Notes under the pieces: model-generated
The model's input: only the letters and a program-made list of their open reading frames with translations
Told to the model about the DNA's origin: nothing
Database searches by the model: none
From: Lentibacter sp.
Lineage (GTDB): Bacteria; Pseudomonadota; Alphaproteobacteria; Rhodobacterales; Rhodobacteraceae
DNA: 64,000 nt
Direction of reading: 5' to 3'
NCBI RefSeq assembly: GCF_965657785.1
Contig: NZ_CBFHPP010000002.1
Coordinates: forward strand, 117,974 to 181,973
Translations under genes and position numbers: made by a program
In this document: positions 46,465-56,001 of the stretch, piece after piece
How the letters are laid out: every line of letters begins with the position of its first letter
Numbering within the stretch: position 1 is the first letter of the stretch

Positions 46465-46992
46465 ATGGCGTTGATGAGTAAAGATGCAAGCCAAACCAAA
46501 CGCAACCGCGGCTTTAAGCGGGCCGCGAATCTGATGGGAGAGCGGATTAACGCTGTGTCTCAACAGCGTGGTTTTGCTGTGTCGCGGCTTTTGACCCATT
46601 GGGAAGAGATTGCCGGACCCGAGATTGCCAGCATGAGCCGACCTGTTGAAATGAGCTATGGCAAAGGCGGCTTTGGCGCGACCCTCTGTTTGCTCACCAC
46701 GGGGGCGAATGCGCCTGTTCTGGAGATGCAAAAAGCCAAGCTGCGCGAGAAGGTCAACGCGGTTTATGGTTACAACGCGATTTCCAGTATTCGTATCACC
46801 CAGACCCATGCCACAGGCTTTGCCGAGGGGCGCGTCGACTTTGAACACCGTAAGCGCAACGTGACCGCCAAGGTGGCTGACCCAGAAGTTGTTCAGGAGG
46901 TCAGGGCGCGTGCGGCGCAGGTCGGCAACGAGAGTTTGCGACTGGCCCTTGAAGCGCTGGGCCAAAACGTTTTATCCAAACACAAACGCTAG
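46465..46992 (+). CDS. dciA: DUF721 / DciA-like protein
   Basis: The 175-aa ORF runs from ATG 46465 and begins MALMSKDASQTKRNRGFKRAANLM. It contains LLTHWEEIAGPEIASMSRP, typical of DUF721. It sits between mutY and a DsbA-family gene, as in many alphaproteobacteria. The track ORF 45997-46992 is an artefactual 5' extension antisense to mutY. Confidence 0.7.
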   Translation: MALMSKDASQTKRNRGFKRAANLMGERINAVSQQRGFAVSRLLTHWEEIAGPEIASMSRPVEMSYGKGGFGATLCLLTTGANAPVLEMQKAKLREKVNAVYGYNAISSIRITQTHATGFAEGRVDFEHRKRNVTAKVADPEVVQEVRARAAQVGNESLRLALEALGQNVLSKHKR

Positions 46993-47005
46993 AAGAGAGA
47001 TTTTT

Positions 47006-47689
47006 ATGAACCGCAACATTCTTATCATTGCATTGGTTGCAATCCTTGGTGCTGGAGGCGCTTTCTTTTTTGTGAACGGTGGCGGGGCCAAGCAGGTCGA
47101 GGTTGCGCCGCAAACTGAAGCTGACGCTGAAACAGTTGTGCAGGCGAGTGATGTGGCTGCGTCCGAGATTATTGAAATGACGTTGGGCAATCCTGATGCG
47201 CCTGTGAGTGTGATTGAATATGCGTCCTTCACCTGCTCGCATTGTGGCGCGTTTCACCGTGAGGGCTTCAAGGAGCTGAAGGCCAACTACATCGACACTG
47301 GCAAGGTTCATTTCATCTATCGTGAGGTCTATTTTGACCGCGCTGCCCTTTGGGCGTCTATGGTGGCGCGCTGCGGCGGGGAAGAGAAGTTCTTCGGGAT
47401 ATCGGATTTGATTTATAAGGGTCAACGCGACTGGATGGGCGGCGGAGACCCCGTGCAAATGGCGGATGGTTTGCGCAAGATCGCCCGCGTGGCGGGGCTG
47501 TCATCAGAGACGATTGATGCCTGTCTTGAAGATCAGGATAAGGCTCAGAGCCTGATCAGCTGGTATCAGGCGAATGCTGAAAAGGACGGGATCGACTCAA
47601 CCCCGTCGTTTATCATCGGAGCCGAGCGCGTGGCAGGCAACAACTATGCAAAACTGCGGGATGTGATCGACGCACAGCTCGGGAACTGA
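47006..47689 (+). CDS. DsbA-family thiol:disulfide oxidoreductase
   Basis: A membrane anchor or signal (ILIIALVAILGAGGAFFFV) and the active site FTCSHCGAFH (CxxC) are present. I prefer ATG 47006 over the track start 46889. Confidence 0.85.
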   Translation: MNRNILIIALVAILGAGGAFFFVNGGGAKQVEVAPQTEADAETVVQASDVAASEIIEMTLGNPDAPVSVIEYASFTCSHCGAFHREGFKELKANYIDTGKVHFIYREVYFDRAALWASMVARCGGEEKFFGISDLIYKGQRDWMGGGDPVQMADGLRKIARVAGLSSETIDACLEDQDKAQSLISWYQANAEKDGIDSTPSFIIGAERVAGNNYAKLRDVIDAQLGN

Positions 47690-47692
47690 GCT

Positions 47693-48805
47693 ATGAGTGC
47701 TCCTCTGGACGGCCTGAAGGTCATTGAACTTGCGCGGATTCTGGCTGGCCCTTGGGCGGGTCAGACGCTGGCAGACCTTGGCGCGGATGTTATCAAAGTC
47801 GAAGCCCCGCAGGGTGACGACACCCGCCAGTGGGGGCCTCCCTTTGTGGAGCGGGGCGCGGAGACATCTGCCTCGTATTTTCACTCCTGCAATCGTGGCA
47901 AATCGAGTGTTGTGATCGATTTTCGCACACCCGAGGGGCAGGCGCAGGTGCGCGCGCTCGTGAAAGACGCAGATATCCTGATCGAGAATTTCAAACTCGG
48001 CGGTCTGGCGAAATACGGGCTGGATTATGCGAGCCTCGCCGAGATCAATCCGCGGCTGATTTATTGCTCGATCACGGGCTTTGGCCAGACGGGGCCATAT
48101 GCGCACCGCGCGGGCTATGACTATATCATTCAGGGGATGTCGGGGCTTATGTCGATCACCGGTGAACCTGACGGGCAGCCGCAACGCGCGGGTGTTGCGA
48201 TCACGGATGTGTTCACCGGGGTTTACTCTGTCGCGGGCGTTCTGGCGGCGCTTTATCAGCGCGAACGCACGGGGCGCGGGCAGCATCTTGATATGGCGCT
48301 TTTGGATGTGGCTGTTTCCGTGACGGCGAACCAAGGGCTGAACTACCTGACCACAGGCGTGCCGCCGGGGCGGACGGGAAACTATCACCCCAATCTGACG
48401 CCCTATCAGGTCTTTGATTGTGCGGACGGGCATATCATCATCGCGACGGGAAATGACGGGCAATATCGTCGGCTCTGTGACCTTTTGGGTCTTGGTTGGA
48501 TGAAGGAACATCCGGATTATCTGACCAATGCGGACCGTGTGGCCAACAGGCCGGCTATGATTGCGCTTTTGATGGCCGAGACAGCCAAGCAGAGCAAAGC
48601 CGAGCTTCTGGCGGGCTGTGAGGCCGAGGGCATTCCGGCCGGACCGATCAATGATATGGCCGAGGTGTTTGCTGATCCGCAGGTCAAGGCGCGGGGGATG
48701 CAGATCGAACTGGATGGCGTTCCGAGTGTGCGCTCGCCTTTTGTCTTTAGTGATGCGGATCTTGCCTTGAAGCGGCCCTCGCCGAAGCTGGGCGAGGACG
48801 GGTGA
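47693..48805 (+). CDS. CaiB/BaiF family III CoA-transferase
   Basis: LDGLKVIELARILAGPWAGQTLADLGADVIKVE and a later GYDYIIQGMSGLMSITG block are present. Confidence 0.88.
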   Translation: MSAPLDGLKVIELARILAGPWAGQTLADLGADVIKVEAPQGDDTRQWGPPFVERGAETSASYFHSCNRGKSSVVIDFRTPEGQAQVRALVKDADILIENFKLGGLAKYGLDYASLAEINPRLIYCSITGFGQTGPYAHRAGYDYIIQGMSGLMSITGEPDGQPQRAGVAITDVFTGVYSVAGVLAALYQRERTGRGQHLDMALLDVAVSVTANQGLNYLTTGVPPGRTGNYHPNLTPYQVFDCADGHIIIATGNDGQYRRLCDLLGLGWMKEHPDYLTNADRVANRPAMIALLMAETAKQSKAELLAGCEAEGIPAGPINDMAEVFADPQVKARGMQIELDGVPSVRSPFVFSDADLALKRPSPKLGEDG

Positions 48806-48808
48806 GCC

Positions 48809-48893
48809 CTTTCGAATTTTTGCTTTGCAAAAATCCGATTAAAGCGAGGGGCCTGCCCCTCGCGCTCCCCGGGATATTTTTAGAAAGAAAAAG
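48809..48893 (+). repeat. Modular hairpin repeat, copy D
   Basis: The copy reads CTTTCGA-ATTTTTGC-TTT-GCAAAAAT-CCGA, then GCGAGGGGCCTGCCCCTCGC, then TCCCCGGGATATTTTTAGAAAGAAAAAG. It fills the gap between the CoA-transferase and lpxK stops. Confidence 0.9.
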
Positions 48894-48895
48894 AG

Positions 48896-49867
48896 TTAGG
48901 ACGTGAGCCTCTCAAGTAGTGTCTTGAATTCGGGTGCATTTGTGAGCTGTAAGCGGACTGGAAGGGTGAGCACTTCCTGACGCAAGCTTTGAGGCAGGCG
49001 GACGGCGTCTTTTTCTGTGGTAACGAGGCGGGCGTTGTGACGCCTGGCGTCTGCTATCAGGCGGGACATGAGGGCTTGTGTCAGGGGCTGATGATCGGCC
49101 AGAGCCTCGGCATGGATGATCTCTGCGCCAAGATTTTTCAGGGTTGTGAAGAATTTTTCGGGGTGACCGATCCCTGCGAAGGCGAGCACGCGGGTTCCTG
49201 CCCAGTCCATGCCCATTGGAAGCGGCTCCAAGGAGGCTTCAAAGCGGGGCACGGTTTGAGGCGCGCGGAAGGCGATTTGCTCGGCTGCAGGGCCAATTGT
49301 TATGAGGGCATCGGCGCGGGCGAGGCCTTTTGCAGCGGGCTCGCGTAACGGGCCTGCAGGAATACAACGGCCATTGCCAAAGCCGTGTTTTGCATCGACC
49401 ACAACGAGGGAGAGGTCTTTGTGGACCGAGGGGTCTTGCAGGCCATCATCAAAGAGGATGACGCTTGCGCCCTGTTGTGCCGCGTGCTCGGCGCCTTGGC
49501 GGCGCGATTTGGAAACGACAACGGGGCAAAACGCGGCCAAGAGCAATGGCTCGTCGCCGACATCTGCGGCAGAATGCTTGCGCGGGTCGACGAGCGCAGG
49601 GCCTTGGAGCGCGCCGCCATAGCCGCGAGAGACAACAACGGGGCTGTGGCCGAGTGACAGAAGTTCTTGAACAAGATAGATGACTGTTGGGGTTTTGCCT
49701 GTTCCGCCTGCGTTGATATTGCCGACGCATATGACGGGGGGTGCGAGTTTGACGCGGCGGCCGCGCCCGAGCCTGCGCGCTGTGCCGTAGGCGTAGAGCG
49801 CGCCGAGGGGGGCCAGCAGCAGCGACTGCCAGCTTTGCGGGCGGAACCAGAAGCGGGGCGCTTGCAT
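48896..49867 (-). CDS. lpxK: Tetraacyldisaccharide 4'-kinase
   Basis: The P-loop VGNINAGGTGKTP is present. The ATG overlaps the waaA stop (ATGA). Confidence 0.9.
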   Translation of the reverse strand: MQAPRFWFRPQSWQSLLLAPLGALYAYGTARRLGRGRRVKLAPPVICVGNINAGGTGKTPTVIYLVQELLSLGHSPVVVSRGYGGALQGPALVDPRKHSAADVGDEPLLLAAFCPVVVSKSRRQGAEHAAQQGASVILFDDGLQDPSVHKDLSLVVVDAKHGFGNGRCIPAGPLREPAAKGLARADALITIGPAAEQIAFRAPQTVPRFEASLEPLPMGMDWAGTRVLAFAGIGHPEKFFTTLKNLGAEIIHAEALADHQPLTQALMSRLIADARRHNARLVTTEKDAVRLPQSLRQEVLTLPVRLQLTNAPEFKTLLERLTS

Positions 49868-51081
49868 CAGCTTTTCTCCAAATGATCCAGAGCGTCATGC
49901 ACAAGGGATGTGATCCTGTCCGTGACATCTGCGCCTTCGGTGGCGATTTCCCATGCGGCCATCGCCATTTGTGCCGCACGGTCGGGTGCGGACAGGTGGA
50001 TGACTGCGGCTGTGAGTGTGTTTATATCGCGCACGATCCTTGCGCCACCCGCAGCAGCAAAGCGGGAATAGCTTTCGAGATATTTGCCAACATTCGGGCC
50101 ATAGAGAATCGCTGAGCCGAGGTTGGCGGGGGCGAATGGATTGTGACCGCCGTGGCCTGACACAAGGGAGGCAGCCATGAAGCTTACGGGAGACAAGCGC
50201 AACCAAAGACCCAGCTCATAGGGGTCTTCGGCCAAAAGAACCTGAGCGGTTTCGTCGCTGAGACCTTCGGTTTCGGGCCAGATGGCATATCGCAGCTGAT
50301 GGTGTTCAAGAGCGGCTTTGAAGGCGTCTCCCTCTGCTTCATCATCGGGCACGAGGATCAGCAAGAGCCGATGCGCGGCGCGACTGGCTTTGAGATGAGC
50401 AGACAAAATAATATCGAGCTCTTGGGCACGCGCGCAGGCGGCGAGCCAAGTGGGGCGTGAATTGAGCGCGGAGGAAAGCTCTGCAAGGTCCGCCTCATTG
50501 CAGGGTAGGGACGGCACCCCTTGTTGCATCCGCCCGGCAATGAAGATGTCTTGCGCATCCACACCCATTTTGCGCAGAACTGTTTCGGCCTCGCTGTCAC
50601 GGGCCAGAAAGCTTGAAAACAGCTTTAGTGCGCGCCGTTGGGATAGGCCCTGTCCGCGCCAGAGATTGGTTTGGAAGCCTTCGGCGTGGGCGTCGAGCAA
50701 GAATAGGGGGATTTGGCGCTTGTCTGCTTCCTGCGCAAGGGGCGGATTGATCCAGCCGCCTGCCCAAAGGCAAAGGCGCGGTGCGTAGAGAGCGAAAAAG
50801 GCAGAGATAGCGCTTCCGTTACGGGAGACGCTGGCCCAGCTGATCGAGGAGTGTAGGCCGTCGGGCTTGGTGAGGCTGCCATCTGTTGTGATGAGGCAGG
50901 TGATGTCTGGGCGTTCGCCAGAAAGGCTACGGCGCAGTTGCAAAAAGGCAGACACATGGGACGGCTCTGTCGCGTGACACCAGAGATCAACAGGGAGCGG
51001 CTCGGCCTGACCGGCTTTCGGGGAGAGTTCGCTTGAGGCCAGAGGGCGCGTGATCAGGCCTGACAGGAGGGGTTTCATCAC
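49867..51081 (-). CDS. waaA: 3-deoxy-D-manno-octulosonic acid (Kdo) transferase
   Basis: The 404-aa ORF lies directly upstream of lpxK and has the C-terminal block GHGGHNPFAPANLGSAILYGPNV, typical of KdtA. The N-terminal donor-site region is divergent. Confidence 0.7.
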   Translation of the reverse strand: MMKPLLSGLITRPLASSELSPKAGQAEPLPVDLWCHATEPSHVSAFLQLRRSLSGERPDITCLITTDGSLTKPDGLHSSISWASVSRNGSAISAFFALYAPRLCLWAGGWINPPLAQEADKRQIPLFLLDAHAEGFQTNLWRGQGLSQRRALKLFSSFLARDSEAETVLRKMGVDAQDIFIAGRMQQGVPSLPCNEADLAELSSALNSRPTWLAACARAQELDIILSAHLKASRAAHRLLLILVPDDEAEGDAFKAALEHHQLRYAIWPETEGLSDETAQVLLAEDPYELGLWLRLSPVSFMAASLVSGHGGHNPFAPANLGSAILYGPNVGKYLESYSRFAAAGGARIVRDINTLTAAVIHLSAPDRAAQMAMAAWEIATEGADVTDRITSLVHDALDHLEKS

Positions 51082-51352
51082 TTGGCGTCCTTGAGGGTAT
51101 CTGCACAGACGTGTGAAGACCGTGCGAAACGATGACGGCTCTGTGCCATGTCGAGGCCTTTTTCCATTATGAACCTCACAACCCTAAGCGATTGCACTAT
51201 TAGGTCAAGGCGGTGGGCGGAGCCATAGCAAAGGGGCGGCAGCCGTGAAACCCTTTCTGGTCGTAGTGTTGCCTAGGGCCGACGGGGTTTATGCATCTTT
51301 CTTGAGCACGATCATGCGTAATCACGCTGGACAGAATCGGGCGGCGTGCTAG

Positions 51353-51364
51353 ATTTGATCAAAT
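51353..51364. promoter_or_regulatory. Perfect 12-bp palindrome ATTTGATCAAAT (candidate operator) 27 bp upstream of the aminotransferase ATG
   Basis: The sequence is read directly and is followed by TTTTGAT. Near-identical sites lie at 58315-58326 and 59129-59140. Confidence 0.4.
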
Positions 51365-51390
51365 TTTTGATTTGCCCGATGGAGAGCGCG

Positions 51391-52743
51391 ATGAAAGACG
51401 ATAACTTCCTGAAAGAGAACAATGCACGCCATATGTGGCACCCTATGGGCGCACCGGGCGATAGCCTTGAGCATCCGCCGACGATTATCAAAAGTGCCGA
51501 GGGTGTGAAGATCACTGATCTGGACGGCGCGGAAGTTGTGGACGCTGTGGGCGGGCTTTGGTGTGTCAATCTCGGTTATTCCAACGACGTGGTGAAAGAC
51601 GCGATTGCCAAGCAGCTCTATGAGCTTCCTTACTATTCGGCCTTTGCGGGAACGAGCAACCCCACCGCGATTGAAGCCTCATACGCCGTGCGCGAGTTCT
51701 TTAAGGACGACGGCATGGGGCGGGTCTTTTTTACGTCGGGTGGCTCTGACTCTGTTGAGACGTGCTTGCGGCTGGCGCGGCAGTATCACCGTATCAAAGG
51801 CGAGCCGACGCGGACCAAATTCCTGAGCCTCAAGAAGGGCTACCACGGCACGCATTTTGGCGGCGCAAGTGTGAACGGGAACAACCGCTTTCGCATCGCC
51901 TATGAGCCGCTTTTGCCCGGCTGTTTCCATCTGCCGAGCCCTTACACCTACCGCAACCCGTTTAACGAGACCGACCCGGCCCAGCTGGCGCAACTCATTG
52001 CGCAGGCGATGGAAGACGAGATCAACTTCCAAGGTGCCAATACGATTGCGGCCTTTATCATGGAGCCGATTCAGGGCGCGGGCGGTGTTATTGTTCCGCA
52101 TGAGAGCCTGATGCCGCTTCTGCGCGAGATATGCACGCGGCATGGTATCTTGATGATCTCTGACGAGGTGATCACGGGCTTCGGGCGCACAGGGCATTGG
52201 AGCGGGGCGCGGCACTGGGGCGTCAAGCCTGACATGATGAGCACGGCGAAGGGGATTACCTCTGGGTATTTCCCTGTTGGGGCGGCGCTGATGAGCGAGG
52301 CTGTGGCAGATGTCTTTGAAAAAGACACCAAGGGCGAGGCCGGAATTTTTCATGGTTATACCTATTCGGCGCACCCCGTGGGCGCGGCGGCTGTGACGGC
52401 CACGCTGAGCGAAACTTTGCGGCTTGATACGAAGACCAACGCGGCGGCGCGCGGCGCGCAGCTTTATCAAGGCGCGCTGAAGCTGGCGGAGAAACACGAT
52501 ATCATCGGGGATGTTCGTGGGGGTCATGGGCTGATGACGGGGATCGAGATTGTCTCTGATAAGGCCAGCAAGACGCCAATGGACATGGCGACAATGAAAC
52601 GTATCCATAAGGCGGCTTATGATGCTGGCGCGATGGTGCGTTTGGGGGCGCATAATATTTTGATGTCGCCGCCTCTAACGATTTCTGAAGCGGAGATTGA
52701 TACTGTGTTGAGCGCGCTTGATATCGGGTTTGGCTCTGTCTGA
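51391..52743 (+). CDS. Class-III (omega) aminotransferase, substrate unknown
   Basis: GGLWCVNLGYSN, MEPIQGAGGVIVP, DEVITGFGRTG and the PLP Lys in STAKGITSGY are present. I prefer ATG 51391 (SD GGAGAG upstream) over the track start GTG 51346. Confidence 0.85.
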   Translation: MKDDNFLKENNARHMWHPMGAPGDSLEHPPTIIKSAEGVKITDLDGAEVVDAVGGLWCVNLGYSNDVVKDAIAKQLYELPYYSAFAGTSNPTAIEASYAVREFFKDDGMGRVFFTSGGSDSVETCLRLARQYHRIKGEPTRTKFLSLKKGYHGTHFGGASVNGNNRFRIAYEPLLPGCFHLPSPYTYRNPFNETDPAQLAQLIAQAMEDEINFQGANTIAAFIMEPIQGAGGVIVPHESLMPLLREICTRHGILMISDEVITGFGRTGHWSGARHWGVKPDMMSTAKGITSGYFPVGAALMSEAVADVFEKDTKGEAGIFHGYTYSAHPVGAAAVTATLSETLRLDTKTNAAARGAQLYQGALKLAEKHDIIGDVRGGHGLMTGIEIVSDKASKTPMDMATMKRIHKAAYDAGAMVRLGAHNILMSPPLTISEAEIDTVLSALDIGFGSV

Positions 52744-52832
52744 GGGGTTGCGCCGCGCCTTTGGCGCGTCGCAGTGGGCGAGAGGGCTCTGCCCTCTCGC
52801 GCTCTACCGGGATTTTTTTTAGAAAGAAAAAG
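52744..52832 (+). repeat. Modular hairpin repeat, copy E (module 1 stem replaced)
   Basis: The copy reads CGCGCC-TTT-GGCGCG, then GCGAGAGGGCTCTGCCCTCTCGC, then CTCTACCGGGATTTTTTTTAGAAAGAAAAAG. It fills the gap between convergent stop codons exactly. Confidence 0.85.
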
Positions 52833-52833
52833 A

Positions 52834-54153
52834 TTAGAGGTCTTTGAGGGTGGCAGCTGCGTAAACACCATACATTAGCGCGCGACGGGCGAGCCCGAGC
52901 GGGAAGCGTTTGGGCGGCTGCAGCATGAGTTTTGGGGTTTGCAGTTTCCGTGCGCCTAAGACTTGATCGGCGAGAAGCGCGCCTGTGTAGCTGCCCATGG
53001 CGACACCGTTGCCGTGATAGGCAAAGCCTGCGTAAGCGCCCGGCATCTTTGGAATGGGGCCCGCGAAGGGCGTGAGGCCTGCGGCAAGGCAGACCATGCC
53101 GGACCAGTAATAAGGCGTTTCGATTGCGGCCCAAGCGGGAAACATCGCTTCGAAATCGGCGCGTATTTTGCGTTTGTTGCGGGTCTCGGCGCTCTTGGAG
53201 GACATGAGGCCACCGCGCATTCCGAAGAGGAAGCGGCGGTTTGGCATCAGACGGAAGTAGTGCAGCAATGTGCGGCTGTCATAGGCCGCTTGATCAGAGG
53301 ACCAGCCGCTGGCGATCTCTGTATCGGTCAGCTCGCGGGTGACGAGCACCGATGATTGCGCCGGCATATAGCGCTCGGCCATCCATGGCGGGACATCTTC
53401 GGAGGAATAGCCATTGGTTGCGATGATCAGTTGATCTGCGGTGAGCGCGCCTTGGGGGGTTTTGAGGCCGTAGCTCTTTGTACGATCAATTTTGTGAACG
53501 GGGCTTTGCCCGAAGACTTGCACGCCCGCGGCCTCGGCAGCCATGAGGAGCCCTGCAAGATATTTGCGTGGATTGAGGCCAAAGCCAATTGGAGTTGTGA
53601 TGGCGCTGTGAAACTGGCCGGACATCCCCAGCGCGGGAAGCTCTTCTTTGCTGTGAAGCGTGGGCGTGACGCCGTAGTTTTCTTCGATTGCGCGCGCGTC
53701 ATCGTCAAAGTGGATGCTCGCTTTATGGGCGAGTTGGGTTTCGCCGTTGCTGTGGATGTCTGCCTCAATCGTTTGGGTTTTGATGAGATTGGCGACGTGA
53801 TGAACTGCGGCTGCTTCGGCGCGGCGATAGGCGAGGCGGGCAGGCTTGCCATGCTGACGGTCAAGCATGGTGTCGCTTGCTTTGGCGCCACCAAGGCAGC
53901 AGAAGCCGCCGTTACGCCCGGAAGCGCCCCAGCCGGGAAAGCCTGCGTCAAGCACTGCGACAGAGACACCTGCCTCGGCCAGCGCAAGCGCGGCTGAGAG
54001 GCCCGTGAATCCGGCGCCGATGATGGCTACATCGGTCTTTTGCGCGCCTGACAGCTGCGGGCGCTTGAGGGCAACGTCACCGACAGTATCGGCCCAGTAG
54101 TTGCCTAAGATCCTGTCGTCTGAATAAGCGTGCTTTGCGAAGATACGCCGCAT
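52834..54153 (-). CDS. FAD-dependent oxidoreductase (DAO family, PuuB/OrdL-like)
   Basis: DVAIIGAGFTGLSAALALAEAG (GxGxxG) is present. The ATG overlaps the potI-like stop (ATGA), so it is the last gene of the transporter operon. Confidence 0.8.
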   Translation of the reverse strand: MRRIFAKHAYSDDRILGNYWADTVGDVALKRPQLSGAQKTDVAIIGAGFTGLSAALALAEAGVSVAVLDAGFPGWGASGRNGGFCCLGGAKASDTMLDRQHGKPARLAYRRAEAAAVHHVANLIKTQTIEADIHSNGETQLAHKASIHFDDDARAIEENYGVTPTLHSKEELPALGMSGQFHSAITTPIGFGLNPRKYLAGLLMAAEAAGVQVFGQSPVHKIDRTKSYGLKTPQGALTADQLIIATNGYSSEDVPPWMAERYMPAQSSVLVTRELTDTEIASGWSSDQAAYDSRTLLHYFRLMPNRRFLFGMRGGLMSSKSAETRNKRKIRADFEAMFPAWAAIETPYYWSGMVCLAAGLTPFAGPIPKMPGAYAGFAYHGNGVAMGSYTGALLADQVLGARKLQTPKLMLQPPKRFPLGLARRALMYGVYAAATLKDL

Positions 54154-54974
54154 CAGTCTGTGGCTTTTTCGGCGGCTCGTTCCTCACGCTGCTGGCGCAG
54201 GGTGGCGCGTTTGGACATGAGCGAGGCGGTTATCACGCCGACGGTGACGATGCTGATCATGATGGTTGAGAGCGCGTTGATCTCGGGCGAGACCCCAAGG
54301 CGCACCGCAGAGAAAATCTTGATCGGAAGTGTCGTGGCCGAGGGGCCTGCTGTGAAGGAGGCGATGACGAGATCGTCGAGAGACAATGTAAAGGCAAGAA
54401 GCCAGCCCGAGATCACCGCTGGCGCAATAATCGGCAGGGTGACAAGGCGGAAGGCCTCAAAAGGCGAGCAACCCAGATCAAGCGCCGCCTCTTCGAGGGA
54501 GCGGTCAAAACTCACAAGGCGCGAGGAGACGACCACAGAGACGTAGCACATTGAGAACGTCGTATGCGCCAGCACGATTGTCAGAACGCCACGGTCAAGG
54601 CCGATACCGATGAAGAGCAAGAGCAACGAAAGACCCGTGATGACTTCGGGCATGACCAAAGGCGCATAAATCATCCCAGAGAACAGCGTGCGCCCGTTGA
54701 AGCGACCGCCGCGCACAAGGACATAAGCCGCCATTGTTCCAAGAACTGAGGCGATTGTAGAACTCATCACAGCGACTTTCACAGTGACCCACGCCGCATC
54801 AAGAAAGGCTTCGTTTTGAAAAAGCTCGCCATACCATTTGGTCGAGAAACCAGCCCAGACGGTCACGAGCTTTGACTCGTTGAAGCTGTAGATCACGAGG
54901 ATCAACATTGGCAGATAAAGAAAGGCGAGACCGAAGCTAAGCGATGTCGCGTTGAACCAGGTAAAGCGTCTCAT
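54153..54974 (-). CDS. potI: Polyamine ABC transporter permease (PotI/PotC-like)
   Basis: The 273-aa ORF has 6 TM helices and the EAA loop LEEAALDLGCSPFEAFRLVTLP. Confidence 0.85.
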   Translation of the reverse strand: MRRFTWFNATSLSFGLAFLYLPMLILVIYSFNESKLVTVWAGFSTKWYGELFQNEAFLDAAWVTVKVAVMSSTIASVLGTMAAYVLVRGGRFNGRTLFSGMIYAPLVMPEVITGLSLLLLFIGIGLDRGVLTIVLAHTTFSMCYVSVVVSSRLVSFDRSLEEAALDLGCSPFEAFRLVTLPIIAPAVISGWLLAFTLSLDDLVIASFTAGPSATTLPIKIFSAVRLGVSPEINALSTIMISIVTVGVITASLMSKRATLRQQREERAAEKATD

Positions 54975-54993
54975 GGCCTGGTTCTCCCTGTGT

Positions 54994-55078
54994 CTTTTTT
55001 CTTTCTAAAAATATCCCAGGGGGTGCGGGGGACAGCGTCCCCCGCTTCGGTCGGATTGAGCGAAGCGAAATCCGAAAC
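54994..55078 (-). repeat. Modular hairpin repeat, copy F, inside the transporter operon between the two permease genes
   Basis: The reverse complement reads GTTTCGGATTTCGCTTCGCTCAATCCGA, then GCGGGGGACGCTGTCCCCCGC, then CCCCCTGGGATATTTTTAGAAAGAAAAAAG. Confidence 0.9.
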
Positions 55079-55104
55079 CCTTGCAAAGCAACCTTTGAAT
55101 ATAT

Positions 55105-55998
55105 TCATTGTCCCTCGGCCTCCCGTTGCTTTTGTTCGTTGCGCTGGAACAGCACGATCGGGATGATCAGGATCAGCAGCAGGATCACTGCAACAGCAGA
55201 GGCGACCGGCCAGTCGCGGTTGGAGAAAAACTCCTCAAACAAGACCTTGCCGATCATCAGGGTTTGCGATCCACCGAGCAACGACGGGATGACAAACTCG
55301 CCAAGCGCGGGAATGAAGACAAGGAAGCAGCCTGCGATGATCCCTTGTTTGGACAGCGGTATTGTCACAAGCCAAAACGCAGTGAGGCGCGAACAGCCAA
55401 GGTCTTCTGCGGCCTCCAGAAGAGAGGAGTCGAGTTTCTCCAAAGCGGCGTAGATTGGCAGGATCATGAAGGGCAGGTAGGTATAGACGATGCCGATATA
55501 GACGGCAGTGTTGGTGTTCAGGATCGTGAGCGGTTCGGAGATAATGCCTGTCCAGAGAAGAAACTGGTTCAGGAAGCCTTCGTTGGAGAGAATACCCATC
55601 CAAGCATAAACACGGATCAGGAATGAGGTCCAGAACGGCAGGATCACCAGCATCATCAGGGTCGGGCGCCACTCGTCGGGGGCCTGTGCCATGGCGTAGG
55701 CGATAGGATAGCCGACAAGGAGCGTCAGCAGGGTTGAAAGCGCTGCGATTTGTAAGCTGGAGAGATAGGCTTTCCAGTAAAGATCATCTGTGGTGAGGAA
55801 GATGAAGTTCTCGAAATCAAGATTGGCGAAGAATGCTCGTATCCCGCTCCAGCCAGACGAGACATCAAGCGTGGGTGTGTAGGGCGGAATGGCAAGGGCT
55901 GTGTCTGATAGGCTAATTTTGAACACGATAACGAAGGGCACGAGGAAGAGCACCGCGAGCCAGACATAGGGCACAGAAATCAGGGTAAAGCGGCGCAT
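55105..55998 (-). CDS. potH: Polyamine ABC transporter permease (PotH/PotB-like)
   Basis: The 297-aa ORF has 6 TM helices and the EAA loop LLEAAEDLGCSRLTAFWLVTIP. Confidence 0.85.
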   Translation of the reverse strand: MRRFTLISVPYVWLAVLFLVPFVIVFKISLSDTALAIPPYTPTLDVSSGWSGIRAFFANLDFENFIFLTTDDLYWKAYLSSLQIAALSTLLTLLVGYPIAYAMAQAPDEWRPTLMMLVILPFWTSFLIRVYAWMGILSNEGFLNQFLLWTGIISEPLTILNTNTAVYIGIVYTYLPFMILPIYAALEKLDSSLLEAAEDLGCSRLTAFWLVTIPLSKQGIIAGCFLVFIPALGEFVIPSLLGGSQTLMIGKVLFEEFFSNRDWPVASAVAVILLLILIIPIVLFQRNEQKQREAEGQ

Positions 55999-56001
55999 GG
56001 C

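Noticed and set aside
45997-46992. A 331-aa track ORF suggesting a much longer DUF721 protein
   Set aside because: The first roughly 155 codons run antisense through mutY and are Gly/Arg-rich nonsense. A proper ATG at 46465 gives the 175-aa size expected for DUF721/DciA. I shortened similar 5' over-extensions for smpB, polA, potF, potG, hemD and the DUF2125, DsbA-family, OmpA-family and FMN reductase genes, among others.
51082-51352. The long leader upstream of the first aminotransferase as a riboswitch (I checked for guanidine/ykkC-like and glycine-like signatures)
   Set aside because: A fragment (CTAGGGCCGACGGGG) loosely recalls ykkC conserved bases, but the other conserved segments and helices are absent. 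I could draw no convincing conserved structure. The region also serves as the waaA promoter.
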